From the NCBI RefSeq assembly GCF_022045235.1, contig NW_027266266.1, positions 27,900,001 to 27,964,000 of the forward strand: DNA of 64,000 bases, read 5' to 3'. Position 1 is the stretch's first letter, and each line of letters begins with the position of its first letter. The translations under genes were made by a program, and so were the position numbers. Source of the stretch: Haliotis cracherodii. Lineage: Eukaryota. The notes under the pieces were generated by a model. The model made no database searches. It was not told the origin of the DNA and was given only the letters and a program-made list of their open reading frames with translations. This document shows, in pieces, positions 26,918 to 40,102 of this stretch.

Positions 26918-27062
26918 AGAGAAGGTACAACTTATGGATAATAACTTCTGGTTTATTGCATAAAACAAAGATTCAATGTAGATTCTTACCCAGTTATCAA
27001 CGGTAAGAATCTACATTGAAAATAAACCAGAAGTTGTTATCCTTAAAGTTGTACGTTTTCTT
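26918..27062. repeat. Long inverted repeat / fold-back in the intron before the large SPECC1L exon
   Basis: gtacaactt..aacttctggtttatt and ttcaatgtagattcttacc pair with ggtaagaatctacattgaa and aataaaccagaagtt..aagttgtac. Confidence 0.85.
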
Positions 27063-27694
27063 ATATACTCACCAACTTCCAGAATGCCAATCGAACAGTT
27101 AGTAAGTTCTTACTATTTGGTGTCTTTCAGAAGATGTGACATTAATGTACTTACTTAATGTTAGATGTACAGCTGACAAGCTGCTAGATAGATTGACTTT
27201 TTTTCATATTCATCATCAAGTGAAGCATTTTCTTTTAGTTCTTACATATATATTAAAAGATGGCATTTTTTCTTTCTCTATAGTTTATTATTCATGTTGT
27301 AAATGATCTTGTTTTCTTAGTAGATTCTATGTTCGTGATAGTTTTTTTATGAGCTACTTTACTCTTGTAATCATTAAGACCATGACATAGTACAGACTAT
27401 TTTCTGTACATTTTCACTTGAAGACAGCTCATGTCAACATGTGGTTTTTTGTGAATTTTGGGAGAGAATATGTTGATGAGTAAGAATGTGTACATGGTAT
27501 AATATTACCATGATTATCTTGTTGCCATAATCACTGAATCTGTGAATGTGACAGGTGAATGTCAGTGCTTAAGTACCATTTTGTATAAATCTCTATTTTC
27601 AGTACGTATGATTACTCAAATCGTAATATGTTCATGCTTGTTATGACATATGTAAATGACAAAACTTTTTATTTCCTCTTATTCTATCTTGCAG

Positions 27695-30597
27695 GTTGTC
27701 CACACCAGCAGGATGAAGAAGCAGGAGAAGAACAGCACTGCAGCCAAAGCAGGCTCTGCTTCTAGCTCAGCTCCCTCCACCACCACAGCAGGACAGATGG
27801 GGATGAAGCAGTCCAAGTCAGACTCCACCTCACTCAGTTCCAAGAGTCAGGGAAAGGGGTCATCAAATCTAGCAGGCAAGTCGTATCTGAGCAAGAGCCA
27901 TGAGAACCTCAGCAGCACAAAAAAGAAAATGACGCTACCTCCTGAAACTAGTAAACCCAAGCCAGCATCTGGAACCTCAAAGCCAGACTCTGCAAGGTCT
28001 TCTACAGAAAGAAACAAGGAAAATCTAGCCCTGAAAGAGAAGGAAAAAAATTCAAACTTTGCCAAACCAAAGGCAGGCAAAGCCCCGGTGGCTGCTGGAA
28101 CTATACGCAAAGCTTCAAGCACACAGTCAATAGACAAAACATCCAGTGGAACATCAAGTCAGAAACCACAGCCTGTTAGTAATAAGTCACAGGCCATGAA
28201 ACGTGCTCAAAGTACTCAGAATGTTAGTAAAGACAAACTGTTGAACAGGAAAAGGACATCTGCTCCTGCAGATGTTATGGCATATAATGCAGAACTGTTA
28301 GCTAATTTTGAGAAGGAGAAAAAAAATCTTGAAGCTAGGATATCAGAACTTACTAAACTTACAGAAAGCCGTAAAGCTGAGATTGAGAAATTTAAGTATG
28401 AGGTGAAAGCACTGAAGGAACTGATTCCTTCACAGGATGTGAGAGACGAGTTAGAGATGCTTCGAAATCAGAACAAGCATCTGCAAGATCGACTGAAAGA
28501 GCTTGGTATTCCTGTTGAACAGATCACAGACACAGAAAAGTTGTTACTCAAACAGACATTTGGTTCCAATAAATCTGTGGGTGGGTCTGAGTGTAACCTG
28601 CCAACTAGTGTAAGCTGTGATAGTTTGTCAACTGATGGTGCTAAGGCAGCTGCTCTGCCTGGTCATGTGGGAACACTGGAGAGATCAGCTTCTATGACTG
28701 CTTCAGAGCCAGGCTTCTCCTTGGCTGATCTGTGTGGAACACCAGACCATCCCTCTGTTCTGTCTCTAGATCCATTGAACTGGGACAAACAGAGCAACAA
28801 GAGTCGGGACAGTGATGGGCTAAGTGAAATATCAGTCCAGTGCTTGACAGAACGGATTCTTCGCATGGAAGAAACCAACTACTGCACTACTGAAGAACTT
28901 CAAGCAACACTGCAGGAGCTGGGAGACTTGCAGGATGCAGTCAATGAGCTGACAGAGGAGAACGAGAGACTGACTGATGAGAAATCTGTTCTACTTGAAT
29001 CCCTGTGTACCCAGACAGAAAAGTTGGAGACATCAAGGCATCAGGTAGAACAGCTTAAGAGTCTTCTGATTAGTGGCAGCCTGCCTGAGAAGTCAAGTAG
29101 AGAAGCTCATTTAATGGATTTGTTGAAAAGTGCTCAAGAAGAAAGAGAGGAATTGCTGCGAAAACAAAATGAGATTGCAAATGCAATGCATTCAATGAGG
29201 TCAGAATATCGAGAAAACCTGGATGCAATTGATGCCATGCGTGACAAGATTCAACTGGGGGAAGATAAGATCAGCAGCTTGAATGCTGAGCGGGATTCAC
29301 AGGAACAGAGAATGATGGAGATAAAGAGTCAAGGAAAAAATGATGAGATTGAGATTCATCGACTCAAGACACTTCTTGAAAATGAGAAATCAAAAGTTCA
29401 AGAACTAGAACAGTTCAGGAAAGTAGTAGATAAATCTGACATGGAAGCTTTGTTAGATAATGCTAGACAGGAGAAAGACCGTGCTGAAGAGAGGCTTGCC
29501 AATATTCAGAAATCACTAGATCACAGTCGTTGTGAAGTGATGAAACTGAAGGAAATAATGTCCACTCGTGATGAAGAGATCAAAGTGGCCAAGAATAATG
29601 CTAAGACTCACATAAATGATCTTGACTATAAGTTGACAAAGATGGAAAAGGAAAGGACAGACATGCAGCAGCAGATGGAGGTGCTACGAGAACACATTGA
29701 TACTCTGGAACAAGATTGTGAACGATATCTCGAGGAACAGAAGACCTTCACTGAGAAAATCCAGGAACTCCAGGATGAGCTAAAGAAGACCCATGACACC
29801 AAGAGCGTGGCAGAAGCTCAGCTGTATGAAATCAGGAGCAGACATGAGGAGGAATCAGAGGAGTGGAAGCAGTTTCAGAAGGATCTACAGGTTGCTGTTG
29901 TCATTGCTAATGATTTCCGTACCGAGACTCAGGAAGGGATGGAGAAAGTAGTAACTGAAAATGCCACTTTACGTGAAAAATGTAAACATCTTGAAGCAGA
30001 GGTACGACGACTGAGATCTGATTTGGATGCGTTCCGTGCTCACAAAACATTAGAGGAGGAACCTAATACTCCTTTCTCAAAATCCATTTTCACTTCTGCT
30101 GAGTTGAAAGGGAAGATGCTGTGTACTGTGGACAGAGAACTTACAGCCCTGAGAGAAGGAAAAAAACTTGATCCACGCAGTCAGAATTTGTCTGTGAAAA
30201 GTTTAATCCAGTCCATTGAAGATCAAGTGAAGAGTGGTTGCTCTTCCATTCAATCCAGCCTTAATGGCTCCAGAAGGAACTCTAATTCAACAGATGATTC
30301 ATTTAGTGCTATCCAGGAACTGTTGAAGTCTCCCACCTCACCACAGGCTGAGACACCACTACAGAGTCCACAAGGAGAGTTCCCAATAAGGTCTGTCTTT
30401 CGGAAGGGAAGTGAAAAATCATCTTCTCACCAGAGACTTTCTGCCTCTGGATTAAATTACATAGACAAGAGCCCTGGGGATGCACCCAAAACACCACCTG
30501 CATTTGGACGTCCAGAGGGCGAGTTCACAAAGGTGTCACCAGCTATTTCCTCCATTCTACAAAACAGGGGACCACCTCGTAGAAACAGTGGAGCCAA
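27695..30597 (+). CDS. SPECC1L: Cytospin-A (SPECC1L/SPECC1-like) large coding exon: Ser/Lys-rich N-terminus plus long coiled coil
   Basis: The 981-codon ORF is entered at acceptor ...tctatcttgcag|GTTGTC (27695) and left at donor GCCAA|gtgagt (phase 2). The probable start ATG is at 27713 (MKKQ..). It contains cytospin-like motifs (CLTERILRMEETNYCTTEELQATLQELGDLQ; EEWKQFQKDLQVAVVIANDF; LSVKSLIQSIE). Confidence 0.93.
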
Positions 30598-31735
30598 GTG
30601 AGTATAGGGCTTTAATTATCCCCTGCCCAATGAAGTTTTAGAAAATTTTATTTTTTACGTTTCCATCGCAACAAGATGGACTTAGGTTCTGTTAGGGTAG
30701 GGTTCAGTTTGTTTTTTACAATTTCCATGACAAGTTCTACCTCGGTTAAAAAAGGTTAGGGTTTGTTTAGATTTAATTATGTCATAAATTCTGCAACAGG
30801 GGCGGGGAATATAGCCATGTTAGTGGCAAACTCTTGTTGATGTTCAATCTGTTATGTGTACAAGGACTAGGTATGTGTACAAGGTCTCATGGCCATTTAC
30901 TGGGTAAACAAAAATGGAAACTACCATTGTTGTATATACATGAAACAGATACCAATTATAATATCCATGACTTGTTCAATATTTAACGTTAAAGACAGTG
31001 CCCATATTTAATTAATATCTATGTATATAAATGCAAGAAAGGACATAATGGATGTGAATATTTGTTGACTAAACACAGTAGATTTTGAAATCTTAATATG
31101 TTCACCTATTTTCCATATATGAAGAAAAATAGTTAAGTACGTCTTGAAATCGTCTTCTTTTTTGTCTGCATAATAATGAAATCTCCAAAAATCTCTGTTT
31201 GTTTGTTCTGGGGGTCTTGCAATTCCTGAACTCTCTGCATTATTCACTTGTCAAAGTGTCCAACAAGTTTGCACTAAGGGTATGTGTAGAAGGGGTGAGG
31301 AGGGGGGACACAGCTGTGATCCAGTCACATGGAGGGTACTCCCGATATTGAACTGTTCACACAAGTTCTTATCTATTAGATGTTATTGATAACTGATAAT
31401 TCAGTGATGTGACATGTGCGCTGCCTGATACTTGAGCATGTTAATTCAGATAGGATTTCATCCAAAATCAAGGTTCTTGTCATTTTACAATTTGGTCAGG
31501 GTATACTATTGAATGTTTTTGTTAGGTTGTCATATGTCAAACATATGAAACAGGAATATTAGGTTAAACATTTTTAATTGTAATATTTTTTGTCTGCTGA
31601 ATTTTCCATGATCAATCACAAACATTATCGTAAAAACCTGTTAACCTTTCAGTCAGTGTACATTGTGTATGTTAGTCCTGCGTCATGACTCAGGAATAGG
31701 AATGTATTTTTTTAAACCAAAATCAATCTTAAAAG

Positions 31736-31954
31736 TTGTTTGTTTGTTTAATGCCGCACTCAGCAATATTCCACCTATATTATGGCGATCTGTTAATAAT
31801 CGAATGTGGATCAGACAATCCAGTAATTGATATCACGAGCATCGATCCACGCATTTGGGATATGATGACATGCATCAACCAAGTCAGTGAGCCTGACCAC
31901 CTGATCCCATTAGTCACCTCTTATGACAATCATGGGTTGCTGAAGACAAATTCT
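31736..31954 (-). mobile_element. SINE-like family A copy
   Basis: Reverse-complement homology to 913-1163, with a (ttgt)n tail. Confidence 0.82.
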
Positions 31955-32044
31955 AAAAAAGAAAATCTTAAAAGCAACTCAGCGTCGGGAAAAATAAAAC
32001 TGGACGTGAAATATATGTGTAACATTTTACAGACTATATGTTAG

Positions 32045-32481
32045 TCATGGTGTATGTATGCAATCATAGTAAGTTTCCCACTTGAAATGTCTGATGTACA
32101 TTAGTATCGATAGTGTAAATATCTGGTGATACAGTATGGTATTACGATACGAGACCCACGATACAATACATCGATTTAAAACCCCTGTATTGCAATACAT
32201 TCCTCTGCAAGTTATAAGGTGTAAAAACCATGTGAATAATAAGAAATTGTTCAACCACCAGTTTATACATATTCTCTGGTATTTCCCTGATTTGCTATAA
32301 ATTGCATAACACTGGCATGCCCTCCAGCCTATATGTTTCTGCCCTACAATATCCAATCTTTGATCTCTGAAAGTTAAAAACAAATGATTCAGGTTTGTGA
32401 TTCACCTGCAAAAAGAAAAAAATATCAACCTATAATATAAGAGTACTGTATCGGGTTACAAATTGTATCACACCCATAGTT
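32045..32481. mobile_element. Decayed hAT-like MITE with gatac/gtatc subterminal repeats (related fragment about 34200-34319)
   Basis: tacgatacgag..cgatacaatacatcgat at the left end and gtatcggg..gtatcacacccatagt at the right end. Confidence 0.4.
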
Positions 32482-33780
32482 TTGGGATACTATTGTATTG
32501 CAACCCCTATGTTTCATTACACCTTTAGTCTACATGCTTTGAAAGAATTATATTGTGCAAGTATCTGGTCACAGCTGTTGGCAGTAGCTGGGAGCTGTTT
32601 GTCAATAGCGACAAGTTAGGTGTGATGTGACAATGTTGGGACTGTGTGTAGCAGGCTTGTTACAACGTGCTCCATGGTGGTAGATGTGTCACATGCCTCC
32701 ACCGTCGTCCCAGTACACAGTACACACACAACATAATGCTATCAGCAGAGTCCAATAGCAGTTTACCATGTTCACAGGCAGGATAAAACCAGACAAATGA
32801 GCATGGGTCATTTAGGTCATGTTCAACTAACCCTTCTATTCAACTGTTAAAGTACTAGGTTTAAATTAAATGAATTTAGTTATGATTTTTCACTTACTTC
32901 TCCTGCTTAAGTTATCGCAGACTAGTGGTCTAGTGGCTTTGTAACCCAGCATTATTTCAGTCTTCCTAACATTTATGATAACTACTTAGGCAATAAGCAT
33001 CGATCGTTACTTTTGAACATTTGAAACTCCCAAAACATGTAATTCCAAATCCAATACCTATGATAACCATGGTTAATCTGGATTCAAGCTACCTGTTTAT
33101 CATGGTATAATGCTAGGAGTATTATTTATGGGTTCATTCCTAAGAAATAAATTCAGCTTGATAAAAAAACAATTGGTTGCAAGTCCAAGCAAATTGACAC
33201 CCTTTTGGTATATATTGACTTCCAGTTGCAAGATTCTATCCCCCTATCGGCGATAGAAACTAATAGCAGTCTTAGTCCACTTGTCCTTATAATGATAACA
33301 TATAGCAAAACCTTTAAAAAGGGCAAATTTCTAGTCCTTATGATACCTTAACTATTGGGCAGTTTGGCATGTGACTATAGGACCTGTGCGTGTCTCCCAA
33401 TCCCTATGATGTGACTTGTGGTAGTGTATGTAGAATGTTGCACTGCTGGGACCACTAACACCATCTACATTGTCAGGAAATGTTCCCTTGAAGCCACTGT
33501 GAAGTCATCGCTTTTCACCAATCTCAGGCACTAATAGTTTTAACTACTGTTTTGATATTTTGTGCTACTGGTAGTTCTCACTTGTTTAGGTGGCAAACGT
33601 TTTCTACAGTCAGCCTCAAGCCTTACATGACTTGCTGGATACATTTAACGTGTATCGGGAACTATAGTGCTAGCCATTTTGAAAATGTCATAACACCAAA
33701 TGTGTTTGATGACTTCCAGGTGGCCTCAGATTCTCATGGTATTACTTAGTGAGACTAAACTAAGTATGTAACTGTTTCAG

Positions 33781-33904
33781 TGTTGATTCGGAGAGGAAAG
33801 AAAATGCTGGCAAGGACCCACTGGCCTACCTGGCCAAGCAGATGGGAGGATCCAAACGCAATGCCCTTCTCAAGTGGTGTCAGCAGAAAACTGTGGCTTA
33901 TTCC
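33781..33904 (+). CDS. SPECC1L: SPECC1L-like exon, start of CH domain (..[31 protein letters not shown])
   Basis: Acceptor tgtttcag| and donor |gtgagt; phase 2 in, phase 0 out. Matches the cytospin [13 protein letters not shown] motif. Confidence 0.95.
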
Positions 33905-34375
33905 GTGAGTAGAGTCACACTAGTGTTTGATGAAGGGATTTAAAACATTTTCTAGTTCTTTGAAGTAGAGGGATGGTACACTGATGCATCGGTGGACCAC
34001 AGTGTTTTACTTCTAGATGCAAGTAATGATCACAGTCGTACACTAAGTGAAAAATATCGATTCTAACCTTGAATGTTTGCTTTTGTGACTGTTACGCCAA
34101 ATACTAGTTAGTATTGAATATTAGTTGTGAAAACGTAAATATCCATATTTGACACTGCCAACTGTAAATCATCAGTATGTCAGATATTTGGCCATCCTGT
34201 CTATGAAAGACGTATCACAAATAAGAGCATGTAAAGTATCGTGAGATGTATTGGATTGTGAGCAAGGTATAGTGATACATATCAGATTTCACAGTTGGTG
34301 TATCGTCCAAGCCCTAGTTATTGTTATCAGATGAGTATTTCAGCCTCCACTAATGCCTGTGATTGCATATTTCAG

Positions 34376-34492
34376 CATGTAGATATCACCAACTTCAGCA
34401 GCAGCTGGAATGATGGACTGGCCTTTTGTGCCCTGCTTCACTGCTACCTGCCAGAGCGCATCCCATATCAGGAACTCAACTCTGATGACAAG
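34376..34492 (+). CDS. SPECC1L: SPECC1L-like exon, CH domain ([39 protein letters not shown])
   Basis: Acceptor atttcag| and donor |gtaggt; 117 nt, phase 0/0. Canonical CH-domain signature. Confidence 0.96.
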
Positions 34493-34642
34493 GTAGGTCT
34501 GACTAGTTGGTAAGCCAGGCATGAGCTCAGAAGTACATGGATGGATGGTGGTATCCAGACCAGATGATGCTCTCTGCTCTCTCTCTTAATATATTGAGAT
34601 TTGAAAGTGGCTTGTATATTGTTTGGCTCTTAATTACAGTTG

Positions 34643-34726
34643 TGTGAAGCCAATTTCTGGTGTACCCCGCCGTGATATTGCTGGAATATTGCTAAAAGCG
34701 GCGTAAAACCATACTCACTCACTCAC
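34643..34726 (+). mobile_element. 5'-truncated retroposon 3' end with 13-bp TSD
   Basis: tgtgaagcc...gctggaatattgctaaaagcggcgtaaaaccatactcactcactcac, flanked by ttaattacagttg on both sides; related fragment at 39201-39250. Confidence 0.8.
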
Positions 34727-34765
34727 TTAATTACAGTTGACACACCATAAGTAATTCTTGCATTT

Positions 34766-34884
34766 GTCAGACAATCTGAATCATATTATGGTATGTTGGA
34801 AGCCATGATCTAAACTATTTACAGACTGCAGTCATATAGCTGGGATATTGCCAAGTGCAGTAAACAATATACAAACAAACAAAA
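34766..34884 (+). mobile_element. SINE-like family A 3' fragment (another at about 16381-16466)
   Basis: tatttacagactgcagtcatatagctgggatattgccaagtgcagtaaacaa...aaacaaac. Confidence 0.6.
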
Positions 34885-34972
34885 AACATACAGAAACAGT
34901 GTGTTATACTCAAAGACAATAGAACTGTGATATGATTCATTGGTAACATTCTTCTTTTTTTGTCATTTGCAG

Positions 34973-35032
34973 CGCCAAAATTTTAAACTGGCATTTGAAG
35001 CTGCAGAAAGTGTGGACATATCAACAAATTTG
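34973..35032 (+). CDS. SPECC1L: SPECC1L-like exon, CH domain (RQNFKLAFEAAESVDISTNL)
   Basis: Polypyrimidine tract plus ttgcag| acceptor and |gtaaga donor; 60 nt, phase 0/0. Confidence 0.95.
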
Positions 35033-35333
35033 GTAAGAGAGGATTCTGACTGTGTCTCTAGTATCAACAGACATATTCAAACTCATTTACCCACCTAGAG
35101 TACTTTTGTGATTAATACAAATTGACTGATTATTTTTTGACAGGGGTACAAACTAAACAAAAGTTTACGAGCATGTGTAGTGATGACATAAGAGAATCAC
35201 CTAGAAAGTTGGAAATTCTACTAGTTTTGAAAAAACATTTGTCAATAGCCAAACTGATTATTTTCTATCTCTTGTTTGATACGCAAAGGAATTACTATGG
35301 GTATTGTAAATGATTAACTGTTCTCTGTTTCAG

Positions 35334-35435
35334 AACATCAATGACATGGTTGCCATGGAGAGGCCTGATTGGCAGGCCATCATGTCCTATGTTACCAACA
35401 TATATAGGCATTTTGAGTTGGATGGCAAATCATAG
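35334..35435 (+). CDS. SPECC1L: SPECC1L-like terminal coding exon ([33 protein letters not shown])
   Basis: Acceptor ctctgtttcag|; TAG at 35433-35435. The ERPDW...YV..IY..FE motif is the CH-domain C-terminus. Confidence 0.95.
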   Translation, partial: NINDMVAMERPDWQAIMSYVTNIYRHFELDGKS

Positions 35436-37344
35436 TACACTTCCAGTAGCAAGGAATCAAGAGTGATCTCCCTTTGTCTATACTGTGCGGACCAATATTG
35501 TTATGCTGTGATGTCTTGTTAAATCATTTTTGCTTAAAACTAATTAACATTCACATATTTGAAACAAATGAGAAAAAAACAATAACTTTAGGTGGGTTGG
35601 GGGTCTTTTTTATCTGTCGTGTCTGTAAAATAATGCCTTGTCTTAGGACAGCTTTTATTTTTTATATAAGCTTTAAATTGTGATAATCTGTGACCATTGA
35701 TTTGTTACATCTCTCTTATCTTCCTTTTTTTAAAAACACCACAGTAAAAGCTTTTGTTATTGTTTTTGTTGCTGCAGTATTATTTTTGAGATGTTGTATT
35801 TTAGGTATTATTGCTTCAGACATTCACATTTCAAATTGTATATTTTTCAGTGACATATATTTTTTATCATATGTTTTGACAAATGAGATTGGTATTATGA
35901 CATTCTCGGTGTCCATGCAAATTCCACAACAGTATATATAGAGAGAAGTAAACCATTAAAATTGATACCATATTAATTTCCCTTACCAAAACAATTAATT
36001 GAATGTTTGTTAAACATTTGGCTCAAATCAAAATATTTTGATTCAGTGTACATATGTTAAAAAAGTATTATTCTTGAGTTTCAAAAAGGACATACAAGTG
36101 AGATGTAAGTGAATAAATTGCAACCCACCCTCAAAATACTGACAACTGCCTGTACATATTGATGTATATTTATACAAAACACTGTCTGTGTATGCCCACT
36201 TTAAGGAAGTATCTACTTGGATTGTTGACAGACATTGTGGTTCTGAAATACAGTGGCGATTGACTCTGTCCTGTTGACAGTATTCATTAGGGCAAGTGCC
36301 AGATAGGCCTTCACAGAAATAATTTCTGCTTGTATTTTCTGGTGGCATAGAAATATTGCTTTTAAGTTTGATGTCTGCATGTTATAAATATTATATTCTA
36401 TTGCTAGTGCAAAATAATCAGTGCAATAATTTTTTGGGTTGTCTCCCTTTCATAATGAAGCCCCTTTTCTTTAATGACAATTTACAAGCTTCAGTCTCAT
36501 TGATTACTTTTTGCTGTTTCCTGTCTACGCTGAAATGTTGCTGTTCTCGGATTCTTATAAATGGCTTTTCTCTTACATGGGAGGCACCCAATTACATGTG
36601 TCAATTTATTGATGTAAGCTCATCATCAGTATGTGTCATTTTACTAACAAGTCTAATACGGTTAATCTTACTCACTGATTGATGGCTTGCTATGAAAATA
36701 CTCAGTATTGTCTTCACTTTTATTCAATTTCAAATAAGAAATTTTTTGCTGATAAGTAGATTGTCTAGCATGCCTATAATATGAGGCGTGTATTACTGGA
36801 AGTGATAGTCAATAGTTACAGAGGAGAATGAAGTATACCAAACTGTATCAGTTTGTGTCGTTCATACAGTTCACAGAACATTGCATGCAACATTCAGACA
36901 TGGTGCAGTTGACAAGTGTTCCTTTGATTCAGTAATAATCTCATAGTGGAATAGGAAACAGTATTACAGGTACAAAAGCTCAGAACGATGTCATTCATGA
37001 AGGAAGAAGTGCTAGACTGGATTGTCTTAGCTGTGGCAACCTTTTGGATGCTATAAACTTAATATTGAATGTTGTGCCATATCTATATGTTTTTTCTCCT
37101 GAAACCTAGTTTATTTGGAACATTTCACGAATGACATGTAAAAAGTATTACAATAAGTCCTATAAGTAGTGGAACTGTATACATGAGCTAGTTTATGGTG
37201 ATAACCATGCTAATATAAAAGTGATGTACATGGGACCAATACATTTGCTTTCCAAGTACTTTTGTTGTTTTTCCAGCTGTCTGCCCAATGTTAATGTAAT
37301 ATTTCATGCCTTGGTCAAACTGGATTATCCATATACCTCCTCAA

Positions 37345-37580
37345 CAGTGTTTGAAATAGAAACAATTGCCAGGCCGCCATCAGGACCCACAGACTTTAGC
37401 AGCTGCAGGCCCTGACTCAACTCTTCAGGCCCTCATGTCAAACACTGCATTTATTGTGACAAATAAATCAACATCTAAATTCACTGCCAGCCATAAGGAC
37501 ACGTGCAAATTAAAAACTACAGGCCCAAAGTGAGATCTACCTGCCATGGGCCTACGGTCAGGTGCCTATTTCGTACACTG
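37345..37580. mobile_element. hAT-type MITE with 8-bp TSD in the SPECC1L 3' UTR
   Basis: Ends CAGTGTTTGAAATAG / CTATTTCGTACACTG; TSD ctcctcaa on both sides. Confidence 0.85.
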
Positions 37581-38159
37581 CTCCTCAATATCTCCATGCT
37601 GTTATGATATCTACCCTGAACATGTTGACCACAATAGCTTGTTACAGAAGTTGATGCCACCATCTCGGACCATTTAATTTGCTTATGAGTTTGGAATCAA
37701 CAACCTGTGAAAATACCTCTTCTGAACGTGAGTTCAGCATACATCTACACTCCTAAACATAGCCTCTAGAAACGAGCCGCAGTATAGTTAATCAGAAGAT
37801 TATAATGAACATTTAGCTTGAAATGTTTCCGTGAGTATTAAGAGAGTGGGTTGAAGGGGTGCAGATTTGAGGAGAGATTATGTTTTTTATCTTCGACCTA
37901 TAGAAATGTAAACATTACTTTGAGTTGTACAACTTAGGCTTCCAAATGACAATTTTTGTATGAATGACAGATAATGATGAAATAGAAAGCACAAGTAGCT
38001 ACTGATTCCAAATATTGTGATGAGGTGGAGGGACGTTTACCTTCATCCATTAGAGAATCTGTGCATATGGATATGTAAACTTGCAGAAACAAACTTGCAT
38101 TTATATATAACTGAAAGTAAGTGGTCATGTTGATGCTACACATATATGTACCTTCATGA

Positions 38160-38218
38160 AGATTGGGGTTAAAAAGGTTGTTGGGTAGATTGGGGTTAAA
38201 AAGGTTGTCGGGTAGATT
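38160..38218. repeat. 27-bp tandem duplication
   Basis: agattggggttaaaaaggttgt(t/c)gggt x2. Confidence 0.85.
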
Positions 38219-38995
38219 GATTCACTTAAATGTGAAATAAACAGTTTTATTCCCCGCTAGTATATTACTGTGTGTATGTCCAAGTTTATGAATGAGAATA
38301 ACATCAAGCTTCCAGACCTGTGCTTCTCCCTCATACAAAGCCAAACCTGATGCTACAACATCTTTATATCCAGAACACTTTATGGTATGGGCTATCATTG
38401 TTTCATTAATGCTGAGACGCTTCCAAGCCAAATGACTACCAGAATAGACAATGTTGGTGTATGCTAAATGTTTTGAATGATGATCGTAGAATGTAGGTTT
38501 TATCAGTTGCACAAAGATTGTGGAATGTATAGAAAATGGTTTGAAATTTTACTTTGTGCTAGTTGACCAAAATGTTCTAGTCTCTTGTTTTATGCAAATG
38601 ACAAAATTGTAAATACATAACTACAATGGCAATATGTTGAAATTGATATCAAAACAAGACCATTTTATGCAGTGGATCTTTTGCAGTGAAATGTTAGTAA
38701 TTGTGAAGTTTCATTAATTGAAATTAATTGAATCATAATGGAGAAACATAATTTGTGTGTTATTCCAATCAGTGAATTCTCTGTTTAAATTATAGCAACA
38801 AATTGGTTTCTAACAACACTCCTAGACTGGTGGTTTGATTGAACAGACATGCACACTATGATCAACCACAGTAGGAAGAGTTGAGTCACAACCATGTTGA
38901 GGGTTCCGGTTTCCATTTGTGGCTACATTTTAATGCTAATTATGTTAAATAAATTGAGGTAAGTTTAATCTAATTCTGTCTGTTACAGTTTGAAG

Positions 38996-39001
38996 AATAA
39001 A
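38996..39001 (+). terminator. Probable poly(A) signal of the SPECC1L-like gene (3' UTR about 35436-39015)
   Basis: AATAAA followed about 20 nt later by a GT-rich element (gtgtggcttgtttgtgtg). The T/G-rich UTR-like composition ends near here. Confidence 0.5.
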
Positions 39002-40102
39002 CACATTATTGATGCATGGAAGTGTGGCTTGTTTGTGTGATATATACTGCAGTAACAAGGATCTTCACAAGCAGCTCAATTGCCAGATCGTCTTTTGTTC
39101 ATTATGTGTCCTTAGTCAATGCAAGCTGTTATACATCAGTTTAAGTCTTATTCAATCTTGTAATCTGAACAAGTTTGACATAGAAGTTTGAACAAGGTTT
39201 TGTGTGAAGCCCATTCCTAGTGTCCCCCACAATGATATTGCTGGAATATTGAAATATCAAAGCTGTAAGGACTACTTTTTCCTTGAACTAAACACTAGGC
39301 AAACAGTGATATGTATTTCCTGTGGTTTGGCACCAACTCACACCCAGCAGCAAATGCTCAAGCATGACCAGTAGATATATACACAATTGTCTGAGTCCTC
39401 ATTACCAAGGGTGTCCCGCACAGTCCCCCAGTCAGGACTGCTAGTTCTCTGATGCTGGTGGTCATGTTTCTGGTATTTTTCTTAACATTAAATTTTTTGT
39501 ATTTACATGTGCCAGTGGATTCATCAGAACCTGACTGCTGTTTCCCAAGGATGAAAGTGAGGTCTAGGTCTGACAACTCACATAATTTCACCTAGCTGAG
39601 CCCTTCTTGGTGGAGCCCTGGGACAAAAGGGGGAATGTGTGTTATGTTGAGGGAGAACTGAGATGCCGCCCTCTACCCACCCTTTCCTGTATGCATGAAA
39701 ACTGTTCCTCTGGTTACCTTAATGAGAGAGTTAGAAACACTTCACGTTTATTGACATCACTTCCAGTTTGGGAAAACATGTCCAATGCAGAAACATTTTG
39801 AAACACAAAATCATCTGCCTACAGCTACCCTAATAAGAAAATTATATTGACCTTGCCCCACAATTTCAGCTAATCATATGTTTACATATTTATAGTTGAC
39901 AACATGCTTGCTCTTACAGACATCTGACATTGGTTCACTCAACGAAACAAGTAGAACTCCCTAACAAATGACATTCCAGTGAACTTACCTTCAATGAAGT
40001 TTGCTCAAAAGCTTACCAGTTCACTGACTCATCTTAAGTATGATATGTACCCCATCTCATCCTATGAAAATAAAACTTTTTTTAAGTTTATGACCTTGAG
40101 AG

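Noticed and set aside
27656-27694. ORF-track N-terminus MTKLFISSYSILQ
   Set aside because: This is the polypyrimidine tract and acceptor of the intron, not coding sequence.
35474-39191. Hydrophobic short ORFs downstream of SPECC1L
   Set aside because: They are by-products of T-rich 3' UTR composition, often with non-ATG starts and no recognisable domains.
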